A DNA stretch of 32,000 nt from Pirellula staleyi DSM 6068 (GTDB lineage: Bacteria > Planctomycetota > Planctomycetia > Pirellulales > Pirellulaceae). The stretch lies in assembly GCA_000025185.1 (NCBI GenBank), contig CP001848.1, positions 3,090,001 through 3,122,000 on the forward strand, written 5' to 3'. The notes beneath the pieces are model-generated. The model searched no databases. It was not told the origin of the DNA and saw only the letters and a program-made list of their open reading frames with translations. This document shows positions 1 to 9,100 of the stretch, in pieces; positions within the stretch are counted from its first letter, which is position 1; each line of letters begins with the position of its first letter. Made by a program: the position numbers and the translations under genes.

Positions 1-1701
1 TTTGACGCCAACAGCAAAACGCTGACAATTGCAGTCGATTCCGCGGGAAATACGTCGATTCAGTCGGTCGTCGATGCGATCGCGCTCGAAGGGACTTTCA
101 CTGCCAGTCACGATAGTTCGGACGGAGTCGATGGGGCCTACAACCCACTCTCCACCGTTTCGGTCGGCGATATCGGAGTGGTGACCGGCAACACGAGCGC
201 GAGTGGGGGCGAGGCTGGGACGATCTTTGTTTATGTCGAAGCGGGTGCGACAACGGCCAATCAAGTGGTCACGGCGCTCGAGGCCAACAGCGATGTGACA
301 GCGCGCTTTCGGGTGAGTCTCGACGACTCGGATACCTCGAGCCCTGGTGCTGCGGGAAAAGGGAATGTGCTTCCTGGCGCAAGCGCTACGACGATCGATG
401 GAAGTGGCAGCGATCTCGATCTGACGTCGGGAATCATTATCGAAAATGGAGGGGAGTCGTTCACGATCGATCTGAGTGGCGCGGAAACGATCGAAGATTT
501 GCTGAACGTCCTCAACGGTTCGCCGGCGCATGTGCGGGCCGAAGTCGACCCGACAGGGAAGGGGATCATCGTTCGCTCGCGGCTGAGTGGTCGCCCCATC
601 AGCATCGGCGAAAATGGTGGAACCACCGCCGCCCAGCTCGGGATTCGTACGACGACGGAAGAGATCTACCTGACCGAACTGAACTACGGTCGCGGAGTCG
701 GCACGTTTGAAGGAACCGATTTCACGATCACGCGGCCCGATGGTGTGGCGCTCGACATCGATATCGATGGCGCTGTGACCGTGGGAGATGTGATCGACCG
801 GATCAACAACCACGCGCTCAACACCGGAAGTGGCCGCGTGACGGCGGCGCTCAATCGTGTCGGTAATGGGATCGAACTGACGGCTAGCCAGTCGAGTAGT
901 CCAGGAACCTTGTCGATCACCAAGGCATTTCAAAGCGAAGCCGCTTGGGATCTCGGACTGATACCGACGGGCGAGCAGAGCATCACAACCTCGACGGCAG
1001 CCACGGTTGCCAGTGCGCGGCTCGACTTCGCCGGCGCTAACAGCGACTTGCTGGTGACGGCTGGCATCGCGGGGAGTTCGCTCAGTGGCGTGGCGATTCG
1101 TTTCGTCGATTCGGCAGTCGGCGATGTTGCAACGGCAACTTACGATGCTGGCACGCGCGAGCTGACGATTGCCCTCGATGCCTCGGCGACTTCAGCAACC
1201 ACGATTCGCGATGCCATCAATCTCGAAGGAACATTCTCGGCCGCGCTCGACGCGACGAGTGATCCGACCAACGATGGAAGTGGCGTGATTGGCACGACCG
1301 GTGTCGTAGGGATAACGAGTGGTGGAACAGCAGAGGTGCTGACCGGCGCGAACACCTATCACCAAGAGGTGCAGGGGGTGTTCAACACGCTGATTCAGTT
1401 GCGCGACGCGATCAACAATTTCGATCTCGCCTCGATCGATCGTTCGCTCGAGAGTTTGGATGTCGATCTCGATCGAATCAACTTCGGTCGCGCGGAGATT
1501 GGTGCTCGTGGTCAGGCGCTCGATCTGCTCCGGACCCGCCTGGAGGATGAAGAGGTGACGTTGAAGGACTCGCTCTCGAAAGAGATCGAGGTGGACATCA
1601 CCCAAGCAATCTCGGAGCTCGCCGCTAGGCAGGCGTCGCTCGAGGCCTCGATGCAGCTGATGGCGACCCTATTTCAGACGACGCTGCTGAACTATCTGTA
1701 A
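1..1701 (+). CDS. flgL: Flagellar hook-filament junction protein FlgL (HAP3), 5'-truncated by the window edge
   Basis: Frame 1 has no stop codon from nt 1 to the GTG at 178 listed in the ORF track, so the ORF enters from upstream. The C-terminal ~110 aa (RINFGRAEIGARGQALD...ASLEASMQLMATLFQTTLLNYL) look like the flagellin-C-type helical region with the FlgL-like LxxYL ending. The gene sits directly upstream of fliW-csrA-flagellin, as in Bacillus-type loci. The central part consists of IN-motif-like modules. Confidence 0.8.
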   Translation, partial: FDANSKTLTIAVDSAGNTSIQSVVDAIALEGTFTASHDSSDGVDGAYNPLSTVSVGDIGVVTGNTSASGGEAGTIFVYVEAGATTANQVVTALEANSDVTARFRVSLDDSDTSSPGAAGKGNVLPGASATTIDGSGSDLDLTSGIIIENGGESFTIDLSGAETIEDLLNVLNGSPAHVRAEVDPTGKGIIVRSRLSGRPISIGENGGTTAAQLGIRTTTEEIYLTELNYGRGVGTFEGTDFTITRPDGVALDIDIDGAVTVGDVIDRINNHALNTGSGRVTAALNRVGNGIELTASQSSSPGTLSITKAFQSEAAWDLGLIPTGEQSITTSTAATVASARLDFAGANSDLLVTAGIAGSSLSGVAIRFVDSAVGDVATATYDAGTRELTIALDASATSATTIRDAINLEGTFSAALDATSDPTNDGSGVIGTTGVVGITSGGTAEVLTGANTYHQEVQGVFNTLIQLRDAINNFDLASIDRSLESLDVDLDRINFGRAEIGARGQALDLLRTRLEDEEVTLKDSLSKEIEVDITQAISELAARQASLEASMQLMATLFQTTLLNYL

Positions 1702-1966
1702 GTCGCTGTCTCTCCCCCGCAAGGGGGCGCGCGTGATGTTGCGCAAGTTGCGCGAAGTTGCGCCCCCGGAACCAATCGTCAGCTCTGTTGTGCTGATTTT
1801 TCTGATTCTGCGGACGGTGGTGGGCCGATGTAACAGAACGAGGCCCTCGGTGACCGGGAGTGCAGCGACTGCGTTCACTTGCTAGCTAACGAACTTGCTC
1901 ACGGGGGGCCCCACAGCCGCGAGGCAATGGGCGGACCGATCGCGTTTACGACAAGAAGCAGATCCT

Positions 1967-2404
1967 ATGCAAATTAGTACGACCCGATTTGGCCTGGTGG
2001 CAATTGATGTCGAAGACATCTTCCTCTTTCCGCACGGCTTGATTGCGTTCGAGGATTGCCGTCACTGGGTGCTGCTGGCTGACAGCGATAACGACTCGCT
2101 CGGCTGGCTGCAGAGTGTCTCGCGTGGCGAGGTGGCTTTGCCGGTGATTAGCCCTCGTCGATTCATGCCTGGTTATCAGGTGCGTGTCACACGCGGGCAG
2201 TTGCTGCCGCTCGAGCTGACGCAGTTCGATCAGGCCTATGTGCTGGGAATTGTAAGCAAAAACAGCACGGAATTGACGGTAAATTTGAAGGCTCCGCTGG
2301 TGATCAACCTCGATCGTCGGCTGGGTCGTCAGGTGATTACGACCGACGAACAGCCGCTCGCTTTGGAGTTGGCCGTACGTCAAGCGGTCCGTCGCGTGGC
2401 ATAG
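1967..2404 (+). CDS. fliW: Flagellar assembly factor FliW (CsrA antagonist)
   Basis: MQISTTRFGLVAIDVEDIFLFPHGLIAFEDCRHWVLLAD...WLQSV...NLKAPLVINLDRRLGRQV follows the FliW family pattern (T-RFG..., F-x-GL-x-F, WLQS, NL-x-AP-[IL]-[VI]-IN). I chose the ATG at 1967 over the track's TTG at 1895 because family members start at this conserved motif. The gene lies next to csrA. Confidence 0.85.
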   Translation: MQISTTRFGLVAIDVEDIFLFPHGLIAFEDCRHWVLLADSDNDSLGWLQSVSRGEVALPVISPRRFMPGYQVRVTRGQLLPLELTQFDQAYVLGIVSKNSTELTVNLKAPLVINLDRRLGRQVITTDEQPLALELAVRQAVRRVA

Positions 2405-2696
2405 TGAGTGGGGCGAAGTTGAGGTGTGGTTCGCATGTCATAAACGGTGCGGACTGAAAAGATGTGACGGCTGCGCAAAGATGTGAATCTAGGAGAGGTG
2501 GGCTACCGATACTCTCTGCTGTCAGGCAAAGGCAAGGTCGCGACGACGCTTGCACGAGTCTGAGCTGATTCAGCACTGGGATGGATAGGCCTGGTGGGTC
2601 TTCAGCAGCTACCCCCGAGTTTCCCCCGCTATGACAAACCGCCGCCGGTAGCGAGAGATCGCTACGCCAGGCCAAGACAACAGGAAGGAGCCACCG

Positions 2697-2930
2697 ATGC
2701 TGGTTTTGTCGAGACATCGCGACGAAAGCATCATGATCGGAGACGATATTGTCGTCACGATCGTAGACATTCGAGGAGACAAGGTTCGCTTGGGGATTGA
2801 AGCCCCGTCGGACATTCCGGTGCACCGCCAGGAAGTGTACGAAGCGATCCAGCGTGAAAATCGTAAGGCGAGCCAACTTCGCCCCGGTGATACACGCGAT
2901 CTTGGGAAGGCGAATCCCGCCGGGATGTAG
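2697..2930 (+). CDS. csrA: Carbon storage regulator / translational repressor CsrA
   Basis: MLVLSRHRDESIMIGDDIVVTIVDIRGDKVRLGIEAPSDIPVHRQEVYEAIQRENRKA is a near-canonical CsrA sequence of 77 aa. A strong SD, AGGAAGGAG, lies at 2682-2690. Confidence 0.95.
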   Translation: MLVLSRHRDESIMIGDDIVVTIVDIRGDKVRLGIEAPSDIPVHRQEVYEAIQRENRKASQLRPGDTRDLGKANPAGM

Positions 2931-3115
2931 TCAAGCAGGTCGCTGGAATCATCACCCGGCCATGCCCCGCTCCGATTGAGCCAGTGAACTTAATGTAGCG
3001 CTTGAGTTCCTGGCCCTAACCACCCGCAGAGTGGTGTGCGATAGAGCACGTATCGAGAGTGGAAGTGGAACCTGGTTTAGCGATTGAGACCGCTTCTACC
3101 CAATAAACATCCAAA

Positions 3116-3148
3116 GGCTGCTTGTCGTTTGACAAGCGGCCTTTTTTT
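3116..3148 (+). terminator. Rho-independent terminator about 190 nt downstream of csrA
   Basis: GGCTGCTTGTC (3116-3126), loop gttt, then GACAAGCGGCC (3131-3141). This is an 11-bp stem with one G-T wobble, followed by TTTTTTT (3142-3148). Confidence 0.75.
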
Positions 3149-3711
3149 AATTCTTGCCGATCCCCCCGCGCAATCGGAATGACCTAAGGTTCCTTTGGTT
3201 TGCAAGAAGCGATCCGACGATAGGAAGAAAGGTTTGGAAGGCCTGGAAGCGCAGGGATCAAGTAGCACACCGATGGCGGACTCAGCGCGGGCGATGCTGA
3301 ATCCGAGGTTGGAAAATGATGGTTCTGCTGCTTGTGCGATTGGGCGAAGGAGAAAGCTTGGTGAAACTGGGCGAAACGCCCTAAGGTTCACCTAAAGCAC
3401 TCAATTTAGCCAGTCGATACACCTTCCAGAGATAGGCAACGTTTCCAGGACGGTGTTGCCCAGTGTCGTGCTGATTCAGGGATGTGGAATTCCTCCAAGT
3501 GATGCTGCCACGCTGCTGCCGATGCCGCGTGGGGCATGACCAGACTATCGGCAGGCACAAATGGTAGTTCCATCCGCTTGAGACCGCGGTTGTCCGCCGC
3601 TGGCGATCACACACATCGCCACGGACAGTCGGCCCAGCTATCGGAAACAGTTCCCGTAACGGCCGGATGAGGCACCAAGGCAAATCAACCAGTTCCAAAG
3701 GGGTTACGTGA

Positions 3712-5826
3712 ATGAGCCGCATTAATACGAACGTTAGTAGCTTGATCGCCCAGAAAACTCTGGCTCGATCGAACGCCGAGTTGCAAACCTCGCTCGACCG
3801 CTTGAGCACCGGTTTGCGGATCAACTCGGGCAAAGATGATCCAGCAGGTCTGATCGCTAGCGAAAACCTTCGCCGCGACATCACGGCCTCGGAACGAGCC
3901 ATTAAGAACACCGAACAAGCCAATCAGCTGATCGCAACGGCTGACAGCGCTCTGTCGCAAGTGAGCGGTCTGCTCAACGACATTCGTGGTCTCGTCTCGG
4001 AAGCCGCTAACACCGGTGCTCTCTCCGACGAACAAATTGCTGCTAACCAGCTGCAAATCGACTCGTCGCTCGAAGCCATCGACCGTATCGCTCAAACGAC
4101 AACGTTCCAAGGCAAGAAGCTGCTCGACGGTAGCCTCGACTTCATCACGTCGTTCACGACGGGTGAATCGAGCGTCAGCGACTTCCGCATCGATCAAGCC
4201 AACCTCGGTGCGACCGGCGAACTCGCCGTGAACATCGATGTGAGTGCAGCCGCTACTCGCGCCTCGATCACCAACGGCAGCATCCCTTACACGGTTGGTA
4301 ACTCGGCCACTGGTACCCTCACCTTTGCCGACGTCACGACCCCCGCTGTCCAGTCCACCGGTACTCTGACTCTCGCCACGACTGTCGCCGACATTGATAT
4401 CGAAGCAGTCGCCGGCGAAGCTGCCGACGGACTTGCTGGCGACGATGTCGAAATCGAGTTCGTCTCGGGTGCCACCACCGGCGCACTGTACGATGCTCAA
4501 ACTGGCATTCTCACCGTCACGTTGGCCACTGGCGCGACCGTCGACGACGCAGTAGCCGCTATCGAAGCTACCGACGAATTCACCGCCACGCTTGCTTCGG
4601 GCACCGGCACCGATGCTGTCGACGTCGCTGATATCATCTCCTATACCGGCGTTCTCACCGGTGGTGCTGATCAAGTTGCCGACAACGATATCATCACCAT
4701 TGCTGCAGCCGGTTCGGGCACTGCTTTCAACGGCACGCTCACCTTTGCTACCAGCAACACGGTGACCGCCGGTGATGCCAACGTCACCCTCACCAACGGT
4801 AACATCACCATTACGGTGAATGATTCCGATACCTACGACCTATCGGACCTCGCCGACCTCATTCAAACTGAACTCGGCGACGACTATGAGGTTACCCTCT
4901 CGACCAACGCGTCGGATGGTTCGTTCGATTCGTCGGCCGACACCGCCGTCTCTGTTAACCTCGCCGGTGGTACTGCTGACACCACGACCGGTCTGCAGGA
5001 AGATGTGACCCTCGAAGTTGCTGGCACCAACGGTGCTGAAGTATTCAGCTTCGAGCAGGGTACAACCGCTGCACAAATCGTCGACGCCATCAACCTGGTG
5101 GGCGATGCCATCGGCCTCACCGCCTCGGTCGAAGCTGGTGTGATCACCTTCGAATCGTCGAACTTTGGTAGCCGTCAATTCGTCGCCGTGAACGTTCTGA
5201 GTGGTGGTGTGGCCTTCGAAGCTGGCCTCAGCAGCCGCCGCGCCGAAGGAACCGACACCCAAGCCACTATCAACGGCATCAGTGCTGTGGGTGATGGTCT
5301 GGCGATCTCGATCAACTCGTCGACCCTCGACGGTGTGTTCACCCTCGAAGACACGGTGGTTGCCGACGACGTAATCAACCTCACCATCGATGGTGGTGGT
5401 GCTCGCTTCCAACTCGGCCCCGACGTTGTGAGCAATCAACAAGCTCGCATCGGCATCCGTAGCTTGAACACTGCCAAGCTCGGTGGAGTCAGCGGTAAGC
5501 TGTACGAACTCCGCAGCGGTGGCGACAAGGCTCTCGATGGCGACATCACCGGAGCTGCCAAGGTTGTTGACGAAGTGATCAACGAAGTGGTGCAACTTCG
5601 CGGTCGCCTCGGTGCCTTCCAACGCACGACCCTCGAGACCAACATCACCACTCTCAGCGATACCCTCACTAACCTGACGGAAGCTGAAAGCACGATCCGC
5701 GATGCTGACTTTGCCGCTGAATCGGCCCGCCTCACACGTGCTCAGATTCTCGTCCAGTCGGGTACTTCGGTGCTCGGTATTGCGAACTCGAATCCGCAAA
5801 ACGTGCTGTCGCTGCTCCGTCAGTAA
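3712..5826 (+). CDS. fliC: Flagellin (704 aa, large central variable region)
   Basis: The N-terminus MSRINTNVSSLIAQKTLARSNAELQTSLDRLSTGLRINSGKDDPAGLIASE and the C-terminus TIRDADFAAESARLTRAQILVQSGTSVLGIANSNPQNVLSLLRQ are canonical flagellin N and C domains. About 400 aa of Thr/Ala/Gly/Asp/Val-rich insert lie between them. Confidence 0.95.
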   Translation: MSRINTNVSSLIAQKTLARSNAELQTSLDRLSTGLRINSGKDDPAGLIASENLRRDITASERAIKNTEQANQLIATADSALSQVSGLLNDIRGLVSEAANTGALSDEQIAANQLQIDSSLEAIDRIAQTTTFQGKKLLDGSLDFITSFTTGESSVSDFRIDQANLGATGELAVNIDVSAAATRASITNGSIPYTVGNSATGTLTFADVTTPAVQSTGTLTLATTVADIDIEAVAGEAADGLAGDDVEIEFVSGATTGALYDAQTGILTVTLATGATVDDAVAAIEATDEFTATLASGTGTDAVDVADIISYTGVLTGGADQVADNDIITIAAAGSGTAFNGTLTFATSNTVTAGDANVTLTNGNITITVNDSDTYDLSDLADLIQTELGDDYEVTLSTNASDGSFDSSADTAVSVNLAGGTADTTTGLQEDVTLEVAGTNGAEVFSFEQGTTAAQIVDAINLVGDAIGLTASVEAGVITFESSNFGSRQFVAVNVLSGGVAFEAGLSSRRAEGTDTQATINGISAVGDGLAISINSSTLDGVFTLEDTVVADDVINLTIDGGGARFQLGPDVVSNQQARIGIRSLNTAKLGGVSGKLYELRSGGDKALDGDITGAAKVVDEVINEVVQLRGRLGAFQRTTLETNITTLSDTLTNLTEAESTIRDADFAAESARLTRAQILVQSGTSVLGIANSNPQNVLSLLRQ

Positions 5827-5880
5827 GCTCAGCTCGGAGGCTGACTTTGCTCAGTCTCTCTAAGCCAATTTGATCAACCT

Positions 5881-5920
5881 CACCGGCCTGGACGCCTTGT
5901 GCTCCAGGCCGGTGTTTTTT
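5881..5920 (+). terminator. Rho-independent terminator of the flagellin gene
   Basis: A perfect 12-bp stem, CACCGGCCTGGA (5881-5892) with TCCAGGCCGGTG (5903-5914), and a 10-nt loop. TTTTTT follows at 5915-5920. It lies 55 nt after the stop codon. Confidence 0.85.
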
Positions 5921-6118
5921 GCTAGCTTCGCCAAGCTTTCTTCCTGTCGCATCTCTTCTGCCAGCGGCACCGAAGCTAGCACTCCTACAACTTCACACGG
6001 ATTTACTCGTGGTCGTTGTTGACCCTAGCCGAACGAATACTGATACGCCTCTCTCGATCGGCGTTGCTCCTCAGGCAGGCTGATCGACGAACGTCCTCGT
6101 AACTGCGAATCCGCCGGT

Positions 6119-9100
6119 ATGACACGAATCCAGTCGAGCGTCGGTCTCATCACCGGCATCAATATTCAGGAGACAGTCGATCAGCTCATCGCGCTGCAAG
6201 CGCAGCCGCGCGACCGCCTCAATACGAAAATCACTGACGCCAAGGCCAAGCAAACCGCCATCACCGAACTCACCGCCCTGACGATTGGTGTGCAACTCGG
6301 TATTCGTCGCCTCGGAACATCCGACATTTTTGGCAGCAAGACGGTCAGCAGCAGCAACTCGTCGCTCCTCACCGCCAAAGCCAGCACCGGATCGATCGCC
6401 GGCACCTATCAGTTTGTGCCGGTCCAGCAAGCACAGTCGCACTACCTTCTCAGCAGCGGTATTTCGTCGCGCACTTCGGCCCTCGGCGCTGGCTCCCTCT
6501 CGTTTGGCTACGATGCCAAGCTGAACGAAGGTCTCGAGCTCTCCGAACTCAATGGCGGCGATGGTGTGGCGCGGGGCAAGATTCGCATCACCGATCGCAG
6601 CGGCAAAAGCGCGACCGTCGATCTCCGTTATGCCAGCACGATCGACGATGTGGTGAAAGCGATTAATGCCAACGATGGCGCGAGTGTGAAGGCCACCCTC
6701 GACGGCGACACGATCAAACTCGTCGATTCCTCTGGTGGAACCGGCAACTTGCAAGTCGCAGAAGTGGAAGGGGGAACGACCGCTGCCGATCTCGGACTTG
6801 GCGGAATCAGCGTCGCCTCCAACACTGCCACCAGTAGCGACCTTGTGCGGCTGTTCGATGGTCTCGAGATCTCGCGGCTGAACGACGGCAATGGGCTCGA
6901 CATCAACGGCGCGCTCCCCGATCTCACGGTCACCTTTCGCAACGGCAGTTCCCCGCTGTCGATCGATTTCAATCGTCTCGCGAAAGCGGCCACCACTTCT
7001 TCGGTCACCACCACTGCCACCAATGGCCTCGACGCGCAGGTAACCTTCACCTCCACGGCGACCGGCAGCGACTATGACGGCGTCACCATCCAGTACGTCG
7101 ATAACCCGGGCGTGACTGCCGGAAACGAGACGGTCGCCTACGACAGCAACTCCAAAACATTGACGTTTCAAATCGATGCGGGTAGCACCACCGCCGACAA
7201 CCTAGTTGCTGCTGTTTCGGGCAACAGTTCGGTAAGTGCACTCTTCACGGCCACGATTCCGAGCGGTGGAACTGGCGATGGTTTCGTCACGGTCGCCGAT
7301 ACCGGTGTCACGTCGGGAGGAGCAGCCCTCGCCGCACGAACCGAACGAACACTCGGGGAACTCATCGATACGATCAACGAGGCTGATCCCGCACGACTGC
7401 AGGCATCGCTAAGTGCCAATGGCGATCGGATTGTTCTCACCGACCTCACCAGCGGCGGTGGCACGTTTGCCGTCGATAGTCCCGTGGGGGGCAAAGTTGC
7501 CGAGCAACTTGGGCTCACAGGGACGGCGGTGGGAGGAACCCTCACCGGCGGCCGCTTGCTCGGCGGACTTAAGTCGACTTTGCTGCGAACGCTCGATGGT
7601 GGCTCGGGAATTGAGTCGCTGGGTTCGGTCAGTATCACCAATCGCAGTGGCACCACCACCGCCGTTGATCTCTCCACGGCAGAAACGCTCGACGATGTGA
7701 TTCGGCTCATCAACAACTCGGGTGCGGGTGTGACCGCCGATTACTCGGAGAATCGCACCGGAATCACCATCACCGACAACACAGGCAGCACCACCAGCAA
7801 CCTGATCATTGCCGACGGCGATGCCAGCACAACAGCCACGCGACTCGGCATCGGACAAAGCGTTGCGACCACAAAAATCAACAGCGGATCGCTGCGTAAA
7901 CAATCGGTGAGTCGACAAACCGAGCTGACGTCGTTTCGAGGTGGCAATGGTGTCGGTACGGGGACGATAACACTCCGCGACTCGGCCGGAACGGTGAGCA
8001 GTTTGAACTTCAATACGCTCGGCGCCAAAACAATCGGCGACGTGATCGATGCCATCAATAACCTGAGCGTGAATGTCGAAGCTCGCATCAACGAAGCTGG
8101 GAACGGCCTACTGATTGTCGACAAAGCTTCTGGCAGCGGCAACTTGATCATTCAAGATGTCGGCAGTGGCACGGCAGCCAAAAGTTTGCTGATCGCTGGC
8201 ACATCGACGTCGGTAACACTCGATGGTCAGCCCGCTAAAGTCATCGACGGCAATACGACCCAGAATGTGACGATCGATGCCGACGATACACTCGACGATC
8301 TCGTCAAAAAAATCAACGATCTCGGAGTTGGTGTGACCGCAGGTGTCCTGAGCGAGAGTAGTGGTTCGCTGCGGCATCACCTAACCCTTCTCAGCGGCAA
8401 AGCAGGAAAACAAGGGGAGCTGACGATCGATGCCTCGGGAATCGGACTCTCGTTTACTGAACTAGCATCCGCGCAAGATGCTGTGCTGCAAGTGGGCACC
8501 GGAACACAGGGGCTGCTCCTGTCGTCGAGCAGCAACACGTTCAAGGATGTGATCGATGGAGTTGATGTGACGGTGCAGGGAAGTTCAAAAGATCCCGTCT
8601 CGATCACATCGACCACGTCGACCGATTCAGCCGCTACCGCGCTCCAGGCATTTGTGGATCAGTTCAATCGGCTGCGCGACAAACTCGATGAGTACACCGT
8701 GTTCGACTCCGCTTCGAACACCAAAGGTCTCCTCTTTGCCTCGCGCGAGACCTTGCAGATCGAATCGAGCCTCAATCGTGTGCTCAACAGCCAGATTAGT
8801 GGACTTGGCGAATACAGCTCGCTCTCGCAGCTCGGCGTTACGGTCAATGAGTTTGGCAAACTGGCGTTCGATCGCAATACGTTTAACGAACGCTATGCCG
8901 ACGACCCTGAATCGGTGATTGAGTTCTTCACCAACGAGAACCGGGGCTTTAGCAAAAAGCTCGACGACGCCGTAGAGACCTTGGCCGGAGCCGATAACGA
9001 TTCGCTCCTCATCACCAGCTTCATCACGCTGACCAGCCAAATCGAAACCTATCAAGCACGCGTCGAATTTTTGACTGCTCGCCTCGATCGCTCGCGCGAG

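Noticed and set aside
3195-3395. 66-aa ORF (TTG start) filling the space between the two CCTAAGGTTC repeats upstream of flagellin
   Set aside because: It uses many codons that are rare in the surrounding genes (AGG, AGA, CGA, TCA, AGT, CTA, GGA). It has a non-ATG start without an SD and a hydrophilic, featureless product. I treated the region as non-coding.
5022-5037. Sigma54-like TGGCACCaacgGTGCT inside the flagellin coding sequence
   Set aside because: It lies deep inside a CDS with no downstream start site to serve. I keep it as a calibration showing that matches of this quality occur by chance in this window.
3685-5799. Long minus-strand ORFs inside the flagellin gene (3685..4674, 329 aa; 4840..5799, 319 aa; and smaller ones)
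   Set aside because: They are antisense shadows of a GC3-rich, Ala/Thr/Gly/Asp-rich gene. The products are Arg/Gly/Val-rich low-complexity sequences with no motifs, whereas the plus-strand product is a canonical flagellin.
6071-9055. Minus-strand ORFs inside fliD (6071..7171, 366 aa; 7168..7716; 7409..7918; 8627..9055; and others)
   Set aside because: This is the same antisense-shadow effect. There are no recognisable domains, and the plus-strand frame has conserved FliD termini and an internally consistent repeat structure.
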